This document shows positions 36,660-46,309 of a stretch of DNA of 64,000 nt, piece by piece; the first letter of the stretch is position 1, and the number at the start of each line of letters is the position of its first letter. Below the pieces are notes generated by a model that saw only the letters and a list, made by a program, of their open reading frames with translations, was not told where the DNA came from and ran no database searches. The position numbers and the translations under genes were made by a program. The stretch covers positions 832,001 through 896,000 of the forward strand of contig OZ243916.1 of the NCBI GenBank assembly GCA_965213675.1. Direction: 5' to 3'. The DNA comes from an uncultured Candidatus Binatia bacterium (GTDB taxonomy: Bacteria > Desulfobacterota > Binatia > UBA9968 > JAJDTQ01).

Positions 36660-38212
36660 GCGCGCGTGTCCTGGTCCACCGCCGCGCCTGCCTCCTGCGC
36701 GCCGGCCATGAGCATGCCGATACGCTCGCGATCCATGTCGCCGGCCGGCCAGGCATCCGACAGGGCGCCGCGGGAGATGACCGCGATGCGGTCGGCGATC
36801 TCGAAGATCTCGTCGAGATCCTGGCTGATGACCAGCACCGCGGAGCCCTCCCGCGCCCGGTCCACCAGGGCCTGCCGGATGAGCGCGGCGGCGCCGGCGT
36901 CCACGCCCCAGGTTGGCTGGTTGATCACCAGCACCCGCGGTTTCCGGTCCAGCTCCCGCCCCACCACGAACTTCTGGAGATTGCCGCCGGACAGCGCGCC
37001 GGCCTCCTGATCCCGGCGGCTGGAGCGCACGTCGAAGCGCGCGCTCACCCGCTCCGCCAGGGCGCGGATGCGGTTGCCGCTGACGAAGCCGGTGCGCACG
37101 AGGTGATCGTTGGAGGCATGCCGGGTGAGGAGCACGTTCTCCGACAGGCCGAAGCCGGGCACGGCGCTGTGGCCCAGCCGTTCCTCGGGCACGAAGGCGG
37201 CGCCCAGCCGCCGCCGCTCGGTGATGTCCCACGCGCCGCAGGGCTGTCCCGCGATGGTGACGGAATCGGGCGTGGGCGCGGGCCGTTCACCGGACAGCAC
37301 CTCGAACAGCTCGGACTGGCCGTTGCCGGCCACGCCGGCCACCGCCATGACCTGGCCGCTGCGCACCTCCAGGGACACATGGCGCAACGCTACGCCGAAG
37401 GCGCCCCCCGGGGGGAGGGAGACGTCGGTGACGGTGATGGCCGCCGGTCCGGGCGCCTCCCGGGCCTCGGCGGTCACCGCTTGCACGTCGGCTCCGACCA
37501 TGCGGCGCGCCAACGACGGCACTGTCTCGGATCGAGGATCGACGTCGGCCACCACCCGGCCCTGCCGCAGGATGGTGGCGCGATGGCACATCTCCCGCAC
37601 CTCTTCCAACCGGTGCGAGATGTAGAGCACCGCGCAGCCATCGCCGGCCAGCCGCCTCAACGTGACGAAGAGTTGCCGCGCTTCCTGGGGAGTGAGCACC
37701 GCGGTGGGTTCGTCCATGATCAGAAGGCGCGGCTCCTGCAGCAGACAACGCACCACCTCGATACGCTGGCGCACCCCCACGGGCAGGTCCGCCACCACGG
37801 CAACCGGATCGAGCGGCAGTCCGTACGCCGCGGACACCCGTTCCACCCGTTGCGCGAGCGACCGGAGATCGAACGTACCCGGCGCCGCCAGCGCGATGTT
37901 CTCCACCACGGTCAGCGCCTCGAACAGGGAGAAGTGCTGAAACACCATGCCGATGCCGAGGCGCCGCGCCGCCGCGGGGTCCGGCACCACCACGGGCCGG
38001 CCGCGCCAGCGGAGCTGTCCGGCCGTGGGCTGCAGCGAGCCGTACAGGATCTTGACCAGCGTGGACTTGCCTGCGCCGTTCTCCCCCAGCAGGGCGTGGA
38101 TCTCCCCGGGGCGCAGGCGCAGGCTGACGCGATCATTGGCGGTAAAGTCGCCGAAGCGCTTGACGATCTCCCGCGCTTCGAGAAGATGGCCGTCGTGGTC
38201 CAGGGTCGCCAT
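36656..38212 (-). CDS. CUT2-type ABC transporter ATP-binding protein (two ATPase domains)
   Basis: GENGAGKST, DEPT, ISH, GVAGNGQ and LSGGNLQK. Confidence 0.95.
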   Translation of the reverse strand: MATLDHDGHLLEAREIVKRFGDFTANDRVSLRLRPGEIHALLGENGAGKSTLVKILYGSLQPTAGQLRWRGRPVVVPDPAAARRLGIGMVFQHFSLFEALTVVENIALAAPGTFDLRSLAQRVERVSAAYGLPLDPVAVVADLPVGVRQRIEVVRCLLQEPRLLIMDEPTAVLTPQEARQLFVTLRRLAGDGCAVLYISHRLEEVREMCHRATILRQGRVVADVDPRSETVPSLARRMVGADVQAVTAEAREAPGPAAITVTDVSLPPGGAFGVALRHVSLEVRSGQVMAVAGVAGNGQSELFEVLSGERPAPTPDSVTIAGQPCGAWDITERRRLGAAFVPEERLGHSAVPGFGLSENVLLTRHASNDHLVRTGFVSGNRIRALAERVSARFDVRSSRRDQEAGALSGGNLQKFVVGRELDRKPRVLVINQPTWGVDAGAAALIRQALVDRAREGSAVLVISQDLDEIFEIADRIAVISRGALSDAWPAGDMDRERIGMLMAGAQEAGAAVDQDTRA

Positions 38213-38311
38213 GAATGCAGATTGCCCGAGTCGAGGGGATGCTACCGCACAGGGGAATGAGCGCACACTATAGAAGGCGCTCTTGGGGGATGCAACCGGC
38301 CCGGATCCGCT

Positions 38312-38914
38312 TCACAGCCGCGGCACAAAGGCCTCGGCGCCAAGCTTGTGCCTGATGATCTCGTCCCGCGTCAACCCGTGCAACTCGTGGGGGAACACCA
38401 GCCAGTGATCCGTCTCGTGCACGTAGTAGTCGGGTTCGCGGTCGGTGCGGTTGTTGTGCGGCTTGTAGTAGACCGTGGCCACTCGGGTATCCACGGGAGC
38501 GTTGCGGCGGGACTTGCGCTTGAGATGAGAGAGCAGGGCCTCGATGCTGAGGCCGGTATCGAACACGTCATCGACGATGAGCAGACCTTGATCCGCCTCG
38601 ACGTTGTCGATGATGTACTGCATGCCATGGATGCGGATCCGGGAGCCGGTTCGTCCGATGCCCTTGTAGAAGGAGGTGCGGATGGCGATATGGTCGGTCT
38701 CGACGCCGAAGTAGTCGAGCAGTTCCTGCACCGCGATGCCCACGGGCGTGCCGCCGCGCCATATCCCGACGATGAAGCTTGGGCGGAAGCCGCTCTCCAG
38801 AACATCCATCCCGAGCCGGAAGGAGTCCTCGAGCAGCGACTGCGCGCTGATGTAGGTCTTCCGGGTTGTCGCGGGCTCGGTATGGGATATGGGCTCGACG
38901 GGATATTCGGCCAT
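38312..38914 (-). CDS. Purine (hypoxanthine/xanthine-type) phosphoribosyltransferase
   Basis: GIWRGG, PRPP motif LIVDDVFDTG and WLVFPHE. Sits upstream of the purine ABC operon. Confidence 0.88.
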   Translation of the reverse strand: MAEYPVEPISHTEPATTRKTYISAQSLLEDSFRLGMDVLESGFRPSFIVGIWRGGTPVGIAVQELLDYFGVETDHIAIRTSFYKGIGRTGSRIRIHGMQYIIDNVEADQGLLIVDDVFDTGLSIEALLSHLKRKSRRNAPVDTRVATVYYKPHNNRTDREPDYYVHETDHWLVFPHELHGLTRDEIIRHKLGAEAFVPRL

Positions 38915-39066
38915 GAGTATTTCCTCTCGACGGATGCGCGGGTGGGGCGCGGCTTCGCGTGTTCCCTCCTTTTATCGGATATACGTCGCAGCGCAAGCGC
39001 AGGCCCCGAGCGTGGGCCAGGCGCGGTTCGGGTTGCGATCCCCTGCAAAGGGATTAGATTGGTCTT

Positions 39067-40425
39067 ATGCCTATGGTCGCCAAACCGACCGTACACACTG
39101 GGCGCCCTCCCTCGTCGTCCCGTTTCCATCAGTTGCGCCATTTGGGCACGGACGCACACATCGTCATGCACCGGCTGCTGCGGACCCATGGCGACTTCGT
39201 GCGCTGGCGCGGGTTCCAGGACGTTTACCTGGTCAACCATCCGAACTTCATACGCACGGTGCTGGCGCAGGACCACGCGCACTACTCCAAGCGCCTCATC
39301 GACTACCGCGTCCTGGCACAGGTGTTGGGCAACGGCTTGGTGACCAACGACGGCCCCCACTGGGTTCGCCAACACGGACTCATTCAGCCCCTGTTCGGCC
39401 ACCATCACGTCAACAGCTTTGACGGAACCATCAACGCGCTGACGACTTCCCTCATGGATGACTGGGAAACGCGGGACGCCGGGGAGATCCTTCGCGTCGA
39501 CCGGGAAATGAGCCGCTTGACCTTCCGCATCGTCGGCGCGACGCTGTTCGGCAGCGACCTCGATCATCACGGCGACGACATTGCGGAGATCGTCGAGTTG
39601 GTGAATCTGGACCCCCTGGAATTGCGCGCGTTGCTCACCCTGTTCCCCTGGCTTCCCACGCCCTACAACGGGAAGTGGCGACGGGCGCTGAAGCGGCTCG
39701 ACCGCATCGTGTATGGATTGATCGAGGCGCGCCGGCGCCGCGGCGTGGAGGGGGATGGAGATATTCTCGAGCGCCTGCTGCATGCCTTCGAGGGCGGGGG
39801 CGGCAACGGAATGGACGAGAAGCAGATACGCGACGAGGTGGTGACGTTGATGCTGGCCGGACATGAGACCTCCGCCACCGCCTTGGCCTGGACTCTGTAC
39901 CTGCTGGCCACGCATCCCCGGATTGAAGCGCGACTGGCCGAGGCGCTGGCCGCGAGCCTGAACGGCGCACCCGCCACGGCCGGCGACCTGCCGCGCATTC
40001 CCTATCTGAAGCAGGTGGTGCAGGAATCCATGCGGCTCTATCCGCCGGTATGGGCCTACGCCCGGCGCGCGGAAGAGGCGACGGAATTCAACGGCTACCT
40101 GCTGCCCCTCCACGCCGCTGTCGTCGTGGCTCCCTTTGCGCTCCACCGGCACCCCGATTTCTGGCCCGACCCCGAACGCTTCGATCCGGACCGCTTCGAC
40201 CCCGTTGCCGGCGTGGGCCGCGAACCCTACGCCTACCTGCCCTTTGCCGCCGGACCGCGCGCCTGTATCGGCGCCGGCATGGCCATGCTCGAAATCCAGC
40301 TGGTGCTGGCGCAACTCATCCAGCGCTTCAAGGTCCACATCGTTCCCGACCACCCCATCGAGACCCTGGCCAAGGTCACCCTGAAGCCGCGTTACGGTAT
40401 CCTTGCGACCTTGAGCCACCGGTAG
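39067..40425 (+). CDS. Cytochrome P450
   Basis: AGHETS (I helix), ESMR (ExxR), PERFDPDRF and heme loop FAAGPRACIG. Confidence 0.96.
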   Translation: MPMVAKPTVHTGRPPSSSRFHQLRHLGTDAHIVMHRLLRTHGDFVRWRGFQDVYLVNHPNFIRTVLAQDHAHYSKRLIDYRVLAQVLGNGLVTNDGPHWVRQHGLIQPLFGHHHVNSFDGTINALTTSLMDDWETRDAGEILRVDREMSRLTFRIVGATLFGSDLDHHGDDIAEIVELVNLDPLELRALLTLFPWLPTPYNGKWRRALKRLDRIVYGLIEARRRRGVEGDGDILERLLHAFEGGGGNGMDEKQIRDEVVTLMLAGHETSATALAWTLYLLATHPRIEARLAEALAASLNGAPATAGDLPRIPYLKQVVQESMRLYPPVWAYARRAEEATEFNGYLLPLHAAVVVAPFALHRHPDFWPDPERFDPDRFDPVAGVGREPYAYLPFAAGPRACIGAGMAMLEIQLVLAQLIQRFKVHIVPDHPIETLAKVTLKPRYGILATLSHR

Positions 40426-40692
40426 CTCGAAGCCCTCCCCCAAGCGCACCCGGAGCCTGTCCATGCAGAGACGGCCGGCGATGGCTCCTGCCGGCTTGGC
40501 GGTGTGCTTCAAACCGACTACGACGCCACCACTGTCCATGCAGGGGCGGCCGCCGGTGGTCCTTGCATGGTCACGCTCCCAGGCAAGGGAAACCGTCAGT
40601 GGGCACGGCCTTCATCCGTTCGTCCCGAGCCCATGGACAAGCTTGAGACAGGTTTCATGTAGCGAAGTCGAAGGACCTCCGCCCCGCCTGGG

Positions 40693-41499
40693 TCAGGACA
40701 CCGTCCGCGCCAGTGTGAGCACCTGAACGTCCCGCGCGCCCCCGCGCCGCAACGCCCGGGCGCACTCGTTGACGGTGGCCCCGGAGGTATAGACGTCGTC
40801 CACCACGAGCACGCGCCGGTCCTCCACCGACCTTGCCCGCGCGATGGCGAAGGCGCCGCGTACGTTGGGTTGGCGCTCCCTCAGATTCAGGGTGCTCTGG
40901 GGCGCCGTTTCGGTCTTCCGGATCAGCACGAAGGGGTCCAGGTGAATTCCCCACGCGCGGCCGACTTCCCTGCCCAGGAGCACCGACTGATTGAAACCGC
41001 GCCATCGCAGCCGCCGCGGATGCAGCGGCACCGGCACCACCACATCGAAGCCCGGCCCGTGAAACCACGGTTGACACGCTTCCGCCATGAGCCGGCCCAG
41101 TATCGTTCCCAGGGACGGCTGACGGCCGTACTTGAAGCGGTGGATCACCTGCCGCAACGGGTGCGCCGCGTCCGACTCCCTTGGATAACACCCCCAACTC
41201 CGCGCCCGGGAGAAGGCCGGCGGCCGCAGCAGGCAGCCGCCGCACGGATGATCGCCCTGCCAGTCGTGCAGGTAGGGCCGGCCGCATCCCCGGCAAAAAG
41301 GAGGCTGGGCCAACTGGATCCGGTCACGGCACGACGAGCAGAACGAATGCGGTGAAGGCGTGGAGAGCCATACTTGGCAGGCGATGCAACAAGGGGGAAA
41401 CACGACGTCGAGCATCGCATCGAATGCGCGCCGGGCCAGTCTGCCGGCACGTCGAAGGTCGCTGGGAAGTGCCTTGTCCACGTTGTGGGGAATCGGCAT
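40693..41499 (-). CDS. comF: ComF-family protein (double zinc ribbon + PRT domain)
   Basis: Four CxxC pairs, VPVPLH, RGFNQ and VVDDVYTSGAT. Confidence 0.9.
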   Translation of the reverse strand: MPIPHNVDKALPSDLRRAGRLARRAFDAMLDVVFPPCCIACQVWLSTPSPHSFCSSCRDRIQLAQPPFCRGCGRPYLHDWQGDHPCGGCLLRPPAFSRARSWGCYPRESDAAHPLRQVIHRFKYGRQPSLGTILGRLMAEACQPWFHGPGFDVVVPVPLHPRRLRWRGFNQSVLLGREVGRAWGIHLDPFVLIRKTETAPQSTLNLRERQPNVRGAFAIARARSVEDRRVLVVDDVYTSGATVNECARALRRGGARDVQVLTLARTVS

Positions 41500-41637
41500 C
41501 CATACCGGAACCTTTAATTCTGGAATATCGGAGTATTCGTTCCGACCATGCGCCGGGCCGTGCGAAGCGGTGGTGGGAGCCTGTCCGTGGAGGGGCGACC
41601 GGCGGTGGCCCTGACAGGGTTTTCACGCTTTTCTTTA

Positions 41638-43029
41638 CTACCGCGACTCGCGGACAGGCTCTTGGAGATAGTCCTCCAGCTTGACCTCGTCCATGAACGG
41701 GTACTCCAGCAGTTCGTACTCTGCGGGATCGACATCGTCGGGGATGGTGGCGTCAATACCCATTTTCGAGGTGGTGGGGAGGGCGCCCCGGGGCAGCCGG
41801 GAGGCCTTGAGGGTGGGGTCGAGATGCTTGCCACGGGCGCCGGAGACGATGATGACATCCTCGTCCGGCTGAACCCGGAAGGCCATGGCGCGTTCCACCG
41901 CCATGGGATCAGTGAGATCCACGTCGCCGTCGGTGACCACCACGAGCTTGAGGGCGTGGAGCGACATGAGCGCGAGAAGGGCGTTCTTGCCCTCGCCCGG
42001 GCGCTTGTCGATGGCGGCGTAGAGGTGCCAGTAGCAGGCGCTGCCGGGGGTGGCGTAGACTGCCACGGTCTTGACGCTGGCTTCCCGCAACGCGCGCCAT
42101 CCCGCGGCCTCCAGGGGCGGCGCCTCCAGCCAGTCGTTTTCCCACGGCATCAGTATGGTCTGCAGGATCGGATCTATCCGGTGCGTCACCGCCTTGACCT
42201 TGAACACCGGATTCCAGCGGATCGAGCACTGGTGGCCCGTGAAATCGCCGTAGCGCCCCTCGTCGATGGTCCAGCCGTCGGTGGAGATCTCCCCTTCCAG
42301 GACCAGCTCCGCGTGCGCGGGCACCTCCAGGTCCACGGTCTTGCACTTCACCAGCGGCACGGGACGCCCGTACAGCGCCCCAGCCACGGCGAACTCGTCG
42401 TAGCCGGGCGGCGCCTTGTAGGCGGCCGCGATGATTTCCGGGGTGCCCACGCCGAAGGCCACGGCGATGGGCAGAGGCTCGCCGCGCCGTAGCGCAGCCT
42501 CGTAGCTGAAACGCATGTCCGACGGCGACACCAGGTCGATGCTGGTCTCCCGCGCAGTGCGGTACATGAGCCGGTAGCAGCCCGCGTTGCGCCGTCCGGC
42601 GGCGTCTTTGGACACGGAGATACCCGCGGACAGGTACGGACCGCCGTCCTTCCGGTGCTGAAACGGAATCGGCAGTTCGGTGAGATCCACCTCATCGCCG
42701 GTCTTCACGATCTCCTGGGCAGGTCCGCGCTCCACCACCTCGGCTTCCACCGGGTTGTCCAGGGCTTCCATGAAGCGCCGCCCCAGCTCCCGCTGGTCAC
42801 AGCCTAGCCCCAGTGCGACCCGCTGGCGCGAGCCCACAAGCCCGCCCACCACCGGCATGGAGTAGCCTTGGACGTTCTCCATGAGGAGTGCGGTGTCGGC
42901 CTGCGCCAGCAGCGTGTTGAGGTAACGGGCTTCCACCGGTCGGGTGATGCGCCGGAGCCGACCCTGGGCCTCCAGTAGCGCCATCAGACCGCGCATGTCG
43001 TGATACGGCAATTTGTCAGGCTGGCTCAT
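41638..43029 (-). CDS. UbiD-family prFMN-dependent (de)carboxylase
   Basis: VDLTELPIP, DGGPY, NAGCYRL, VPAHAELVLEG, EGRYGDFTG, LDPT and SKMGIDAT. Confidence 0.93.
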   Translation of the reverse strand: MSQPDKLPYHDMRGLMALLEAQGRLRRITRPVEARYLNTLLAQADTALLMENVQGYSMPVVGGLVGSRQRVALGLGCDQRELGRRFMEALDNPVEAEVVERGPAQEIVKTGDEVDLTELPIPFQHRKDGGPYLSAGISVSKDAAGRRNAGCYRLMYRTARETSIDLVSPSDMRFSYEAALRRGEPLPIAVAFGVGTPEIIAAAYKAPPGYDEFAVAGALYGRPVPLVKCKTVDLEVPAHAELVLEGEISTDGWTIDEGRYGDFTGHQCSIRWNPVFKVKAVTHRIDPILQTILMPWENDWLEAPPLEAAGWRALREASVKTVAVYATPGSACYWHLYAAIDKRPGEGKNALLALMSLHALKLVVVTDGDVDLTDPMAVERAMAFRVQPDEDVIIVSGARGKHLDPTLKASRLPRGALPTTSKMGIDATIPDDVDPAEYELLEYPFMDEVKLEDYLQEPVRESR

Positions 43030-43225
43030 GGCAACTCCGCGATTTGGCGACGTAGCGCCCCGTCTCGATCTCGCGGTCGAGGCAGTCCCTCTCGCGCAAC
43101 CGGCCCCAAGCCTGGAGCACCAACCGGTAGGGGGCGTCCCGGAATTCCAGCAGGATGTCCTCGAAGTGGAGCGGGCCGTCCTTCAGCCGCTCCAGCATCC
43201 TGTTCGCCAGCGTCTCGGCGGTCAT
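43016..43225 (-). CDS. Small hypothetical protein (possible winged helix), translationally coupled to UbiD
   Basis: 69-aa ORF fills the gap exactly: starts 10 nt after the amidohydrolase stop, has a GAAGG RBS, and overlaps the UbiD start by 14 nt. Confidence 0.65.
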   Translation of the reverse strand: MTAETLANRMLERLKDGPLHFEDILLEFRDAPYRLVLQAWGRLRERDCLDREIETGRYVAKSRSCHEPA

Positions 43226-43235
43226 GCCTTCACCG

Positions 43236-44354
43236 TCACAGGTTCAGGAAGCGGCGTCCGTTGACGCTCAGAATCTTCCACTTGAGATCGTCCGAGATGT
43301 CGTCCCGTTCCAGGATCTCCTGCTTGGCGCCTTCCCGGGCCTCGGCGTGGGGCATGTCCCCCTCGAACAACAGCCGGTCCTCGCCCAGGTACGCGGCCAC
43401 CTGGGGCAGGAAAATCTCGTCGGCCTCGGGCGTAAAGTAGACATCGCTTTGCTTGAGGGTCTCGGATGCCGGCTGCCCGATGGGCCGGGGCAGTCCCAGC
43501 GCGCCGTCGGCGTGGTGGTAGTGGTCGCAGCGCTGCACCAGGTAGGGCACCCACTGGACGCCGATCTCCATGAACGCGACTCGAAGACGCGGATGCCGTT
43601 CCAGGATGCCGCCGGCCACGAAACTGTAGAAACCCATCATCACCGGCAGCGTGAAACCCAGGGCGCGGGAGCCGGAGACGTCGTCCATGCTGCGCGTGAT
43701 GCCGGGATGGCTCCAGCCGGCATGGATGGCCAGGGGCGCGCCCATCCGTTCCACCTCCGCGAAGAACTCGTCGTAATAGCGGTCGTGCAGCATGGTTTCG
43801 CCCACGGTGCCGTAGATGCCTCCGACCGAGGCCCCCAGCTTGAGACTGTGCTCCAGCTCGGCCAGGGCAAGCCGCGGGTCGCGCATGGGCAGGATGGCGC
43901 CCCACTTGAGGCGCTCCGGGCACTGCGCGCACGCCGACGCCATCCAGGTGTTGTAGCTGCGCATAAGCGCGGCCTCGAACAGCAGATCGTCGGTGACCGG
44001 CTGGAGGAAGACCGTGGAGAACACCACCTGGACGTCGATGCCCACCGCATCCATGTCCTTCAGGCGCGCGGGGATATCGGTCATGGACTGGGAACCGATG
44101 GTGAAGTCCTTCTGGGTGGCGAAACGCATCTCCGTGGGGGTGCCGTACACCAGGTTGCCCCGCCCCATGGGTTTGGGATAGACGGTGCCGTCGATGTACC
44201 AGAAGGCATTGATGCCGCCGAGGACGGGCAGGTCCGGGCCGACTACGGGAAAAGGCCTTCGATCCGCGTACTTCGAGTCGAGATGCTCCCAGGCTTCCTT
44301 GGGTTCCTCGACGTGCGAGTCGATGTCGATGACCGGCATATTGTCAGTGCTCAA
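43236..44354 (-). CDS. Amidohydrolase_2 family protein (ACMSD/LigJ/LigW-like)
   Basis: VIDIDSHVEEP, ARLKDMDAVGIDVQV, SYNTW, AIHAG, GGILERHPRLRVAFMEIG and GDMPH. TTG start after AAGGAGG. Confidence 0.9.
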   Translation of the reverse strand: MSTDNMPVIDIDSHVEEPKEAWEHLDSKYADRRPFPVVGPDLPVLGGINAFWYIDGTVYPKPMGRGNLVYGTPTEMRFATQKDFTIGSQSMTDIPARLKDMDAVGIDVQVVFSTVFLQPVTDDLLFEAALMRSYNTWMASACAQCPERLKWGAILPMRDPRLALAELEHSLKLGASVGGIYGTVGETMLHDRYYDEFFAEVERMGAPLAIHAGWSHPGITRSMDDVSGSRALGFTLPVMMGFYSFVAGGILERHPRLRVAFMEIGVQWVPYLVQRCDHYHHADGALGLPRPIGQPASETLKQSDVYFTPEADEIFLPQVAAYLGEDRLLFEGDMPHAEAREGAKQEILERDDISDDLKWKILSVNGRRFLNL

Positions 44355-44582
44355 GGGCTCATCCTCCTTCGTCGACCTGATCCGCCGTACGGCCATGCCG
44401 CATCAGCATCGTGTCCCGCGGTCTCCTGCGAAACGCGGCGCAGAATCTTCCGTTGCCCGCAAGGCGCGATCACGCATGGGGGTGAGCGGTGACCCCTGCG
44501 CCAGCCGCCACGTCCTGCGTTGTCACCGCCCTGCCCTCTGTCACAACCGCCCTGCCCTGTGGGGGCGATCGGCGGCCCGCCC

Positions 44583-45368
44583 CTAAAGGGCAGGCGCCTG
44601 AGGTCCCTGCCGGGCTTGTTTGCACTCCTGGTCCAGCGACCGCAACTCGCGCGGGTTCAGCGGGAAGCCGAATTGCTCGTTGCGCATGCGCAGGCGCTGG
44701 GACGACACGTTGGCGATGATGCGCCGGGCGCGGTCGTGGTCCTTGCGGGTCCTGACCAGGGCCTCCAACTCGTTGGCGTCGCTGTGCCGCGTCTCGTCCC
44801 GATGGATGTGTCCGAAGATGGACGCGATCCGCCGGTTCGTGCGGTTCCCCTTGAGGTGGCGGCACACCTCGTACAAGGCGCCCCCGCCCCCCTCCGTCAG
44901 GGTGATGGCGGCGCGCTCCAGCGCCTCGTCCCGGCGCTGTATCTCGCTCGTGGTGATGCGCTCGGAGCCGTGCAGCAGCCCGGCATAGCTGCGCGAGTAG
45001 CGCGCCCGCACCTCGGCGAGCTTTTGGTCCTCCGGCAACCACGTCAGGTCCTGCTGTGTCAGCCGCGTTCCTGTCAACTCCTCCAGGAAATCCATAATGA
45101 GCCGGGCGTGGCTCATCTCGTCGCCGAGCTTGTGGCACAGCTCCTCGTAGTCGTGCCGGTCCACCTGCCGGTCGAGCTGAGGGTAAAGCTTGTCGAGGGC
45201 GTGAACCAGCGGCTGGATGGCCGAGTACTCCTTGAAGGCCTGGGCCTTGAGCCACGGGATGTGATCCTCGGGCGCGTGCCGCGCACCGAAGTACGCGGCG
45301 ACCACTTCCCGCTCGGCCTTGCCGTAGCCCTCGGCCAACTGTTCCAGCGCCTTTCCGTAGTCCATCAT
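44583..45368 (-). CDS. Ferritin-like diiron protein of unknown function
   Basis: Helical protein with the four-helix diiron ligand pattern KE...DEMSH...TEGG...DETRH. Confidence 0.7.
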   Translation of the reverse strand: MMDYGKALEQLAEGYGKAEREVVAAYFGARHAPEDHIPWLKAQAFKEYSAIQPLVHALDKLYPQLDRQVDRHDYEELCHKLGDEMSHARLIMDFLEELTGTRLTQQDLTWLPEDQKLAEVRARYSRSYAGLLHGSERITTSEIQRRDEALERAAITLTEGGGGALYEVCRHLKGNRTNRRIASIFGHIHRDETRHSDANELEALVRTRKDHDRARRIIANVSSQRLRMRNEQFGFPLNPRELRSLDQECKQARQGPQAPAL

Positions 45369-45519
45369 GCGTTCCCCGGAACCTCCATGGTGCTCCGTTC
45401 CTGCGCCCCTCACCGCGGAGCCGGTCGGTGTCGGTTCAGCGTCCTTCGACGTGGCCCGAGCCGGTCGAAGGGCTCGGAACTGGCTCGCGCAGCAAGATCG
45501 AAGAACGCCGTCCAGGCGC

Positions 45520-46032
45520 CTATTCCGGCGGCGAAACGACGCTGCCGCAGTCACGGCAGGTGCGGAGCTCCTCACTGCCGTAGAACTGCCGGTGAACCTG
45601 CCCCACGGGGTCGTCGCTATAGTTCCCCACGGTGACGTCCACTTCGTAGACCTTCTTGCCGCAGTTCTCGCAGAACCACATGAAGCGGTCTTGCTCGCCC
45701 GGCTTGCGCACGCGTTCGAACACCAGAAACCAGGTGCCCTCGTCCACGCGCGGGGAGTGCGGCACACCGCCCGGGCACAAGGTCATCTGCCCCGGTCCCA
45801 TGGTGACCACCTTCTCCTCGCCGTCACCGGTAAGGCAGTGGAGACGCTGCTCGCCCTTCAGCACCAGCGTCACTTCATCGCTGGGGTCCACGTGAAAGTC
45901 CATGCGGCGCTTGCGCCCGCTGCTGAGGAACGCGATGGACTCCGAGTCCTGCCACACCACCGTGCGGCCGTTGCCCTCGGCTTCGGTCTTCTCCATCAGC
46001 GCCGCCAGATCGATGGTCTCCATTGGCTTCAT
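45520..46032 (-). CDS. 3-hydroxyanthranilate 3,4-dioxygenase-like cupin
   Basis: RMDFHVDPSDE and PHSP (His-Glu-His Fe site), LVFERVR, and a rubredoxin-like site WFCENC...RTCRDCG. Confidence 0.85.
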   Translation of the reverse strand: MKPMETIDLAALMEKTEAEGNGRTVVWQDSESIAFLSSGRKRRMDFHVDPSDEVTLVLKGEQRLHCLTGDGEEKVVTMGPGQMTLCPGGVPHSPRVDEGTWFLVFERVRKPGEQDRFMWFCENCGKKVYEVDVTVGNYSDDPVGQVHRQFYGSEELRTCRDCGSVVSPPE

Positions 46033-46121
46033 GACGTGTCCCCCAATCAGGCCGTGCCGGAACTCCAGTCGAACAAGGCCACCGTCGCTTGATTCCGTCC
46101 GTGATCCGAAAACAAGAACCT

Positions 46122-46191
46122 ATCCAGTGAATTCAATGGGTTGCAAACGCGGCCTCTCTCCAAGCCTGGATTCGCGCTTTCGCGGGAATGA
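46122..46191 (-). repeat. ATTCCC-N8-GGGAAT-type REP with adjacent IHF-like site
   Basis: Minus strand TCATTCCCGCGAAAGCGCGAATCCAG. ATTCAATGGGTTG at 46131-46143 is one mismatch from WATCAANNNNTTR. Confidence 0.55.
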
Positions 46192-46309
46192 GGAATAGTG
46201 GGGTACGGGATGTCATCCCATGGGATGCAGTGTTCGTTCCCGCAAATGTCGGCTCCAAGGCGAAATGGGTGATTCCGCGAAAACGGGGAAACCACAGCGG
46301 CGTGAAGAC

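Noticed and set aside
34597-36756. 719-aa ORF suggesting a fused permease
   Set aside because: The N-terminal part is an off-frame read over permease 1. The real gene starts at 35517 with a normal ATGA overlap.
44521-44559. Short tandem duplications (TGTCAC..CGCCCTGCCCT twice; also CAGCTCYTGTCCGCC twice near 33426-33456)
   Set aside because: Two-copy micro-duplications, most simply explained by replication slippage, with no evidence of function.
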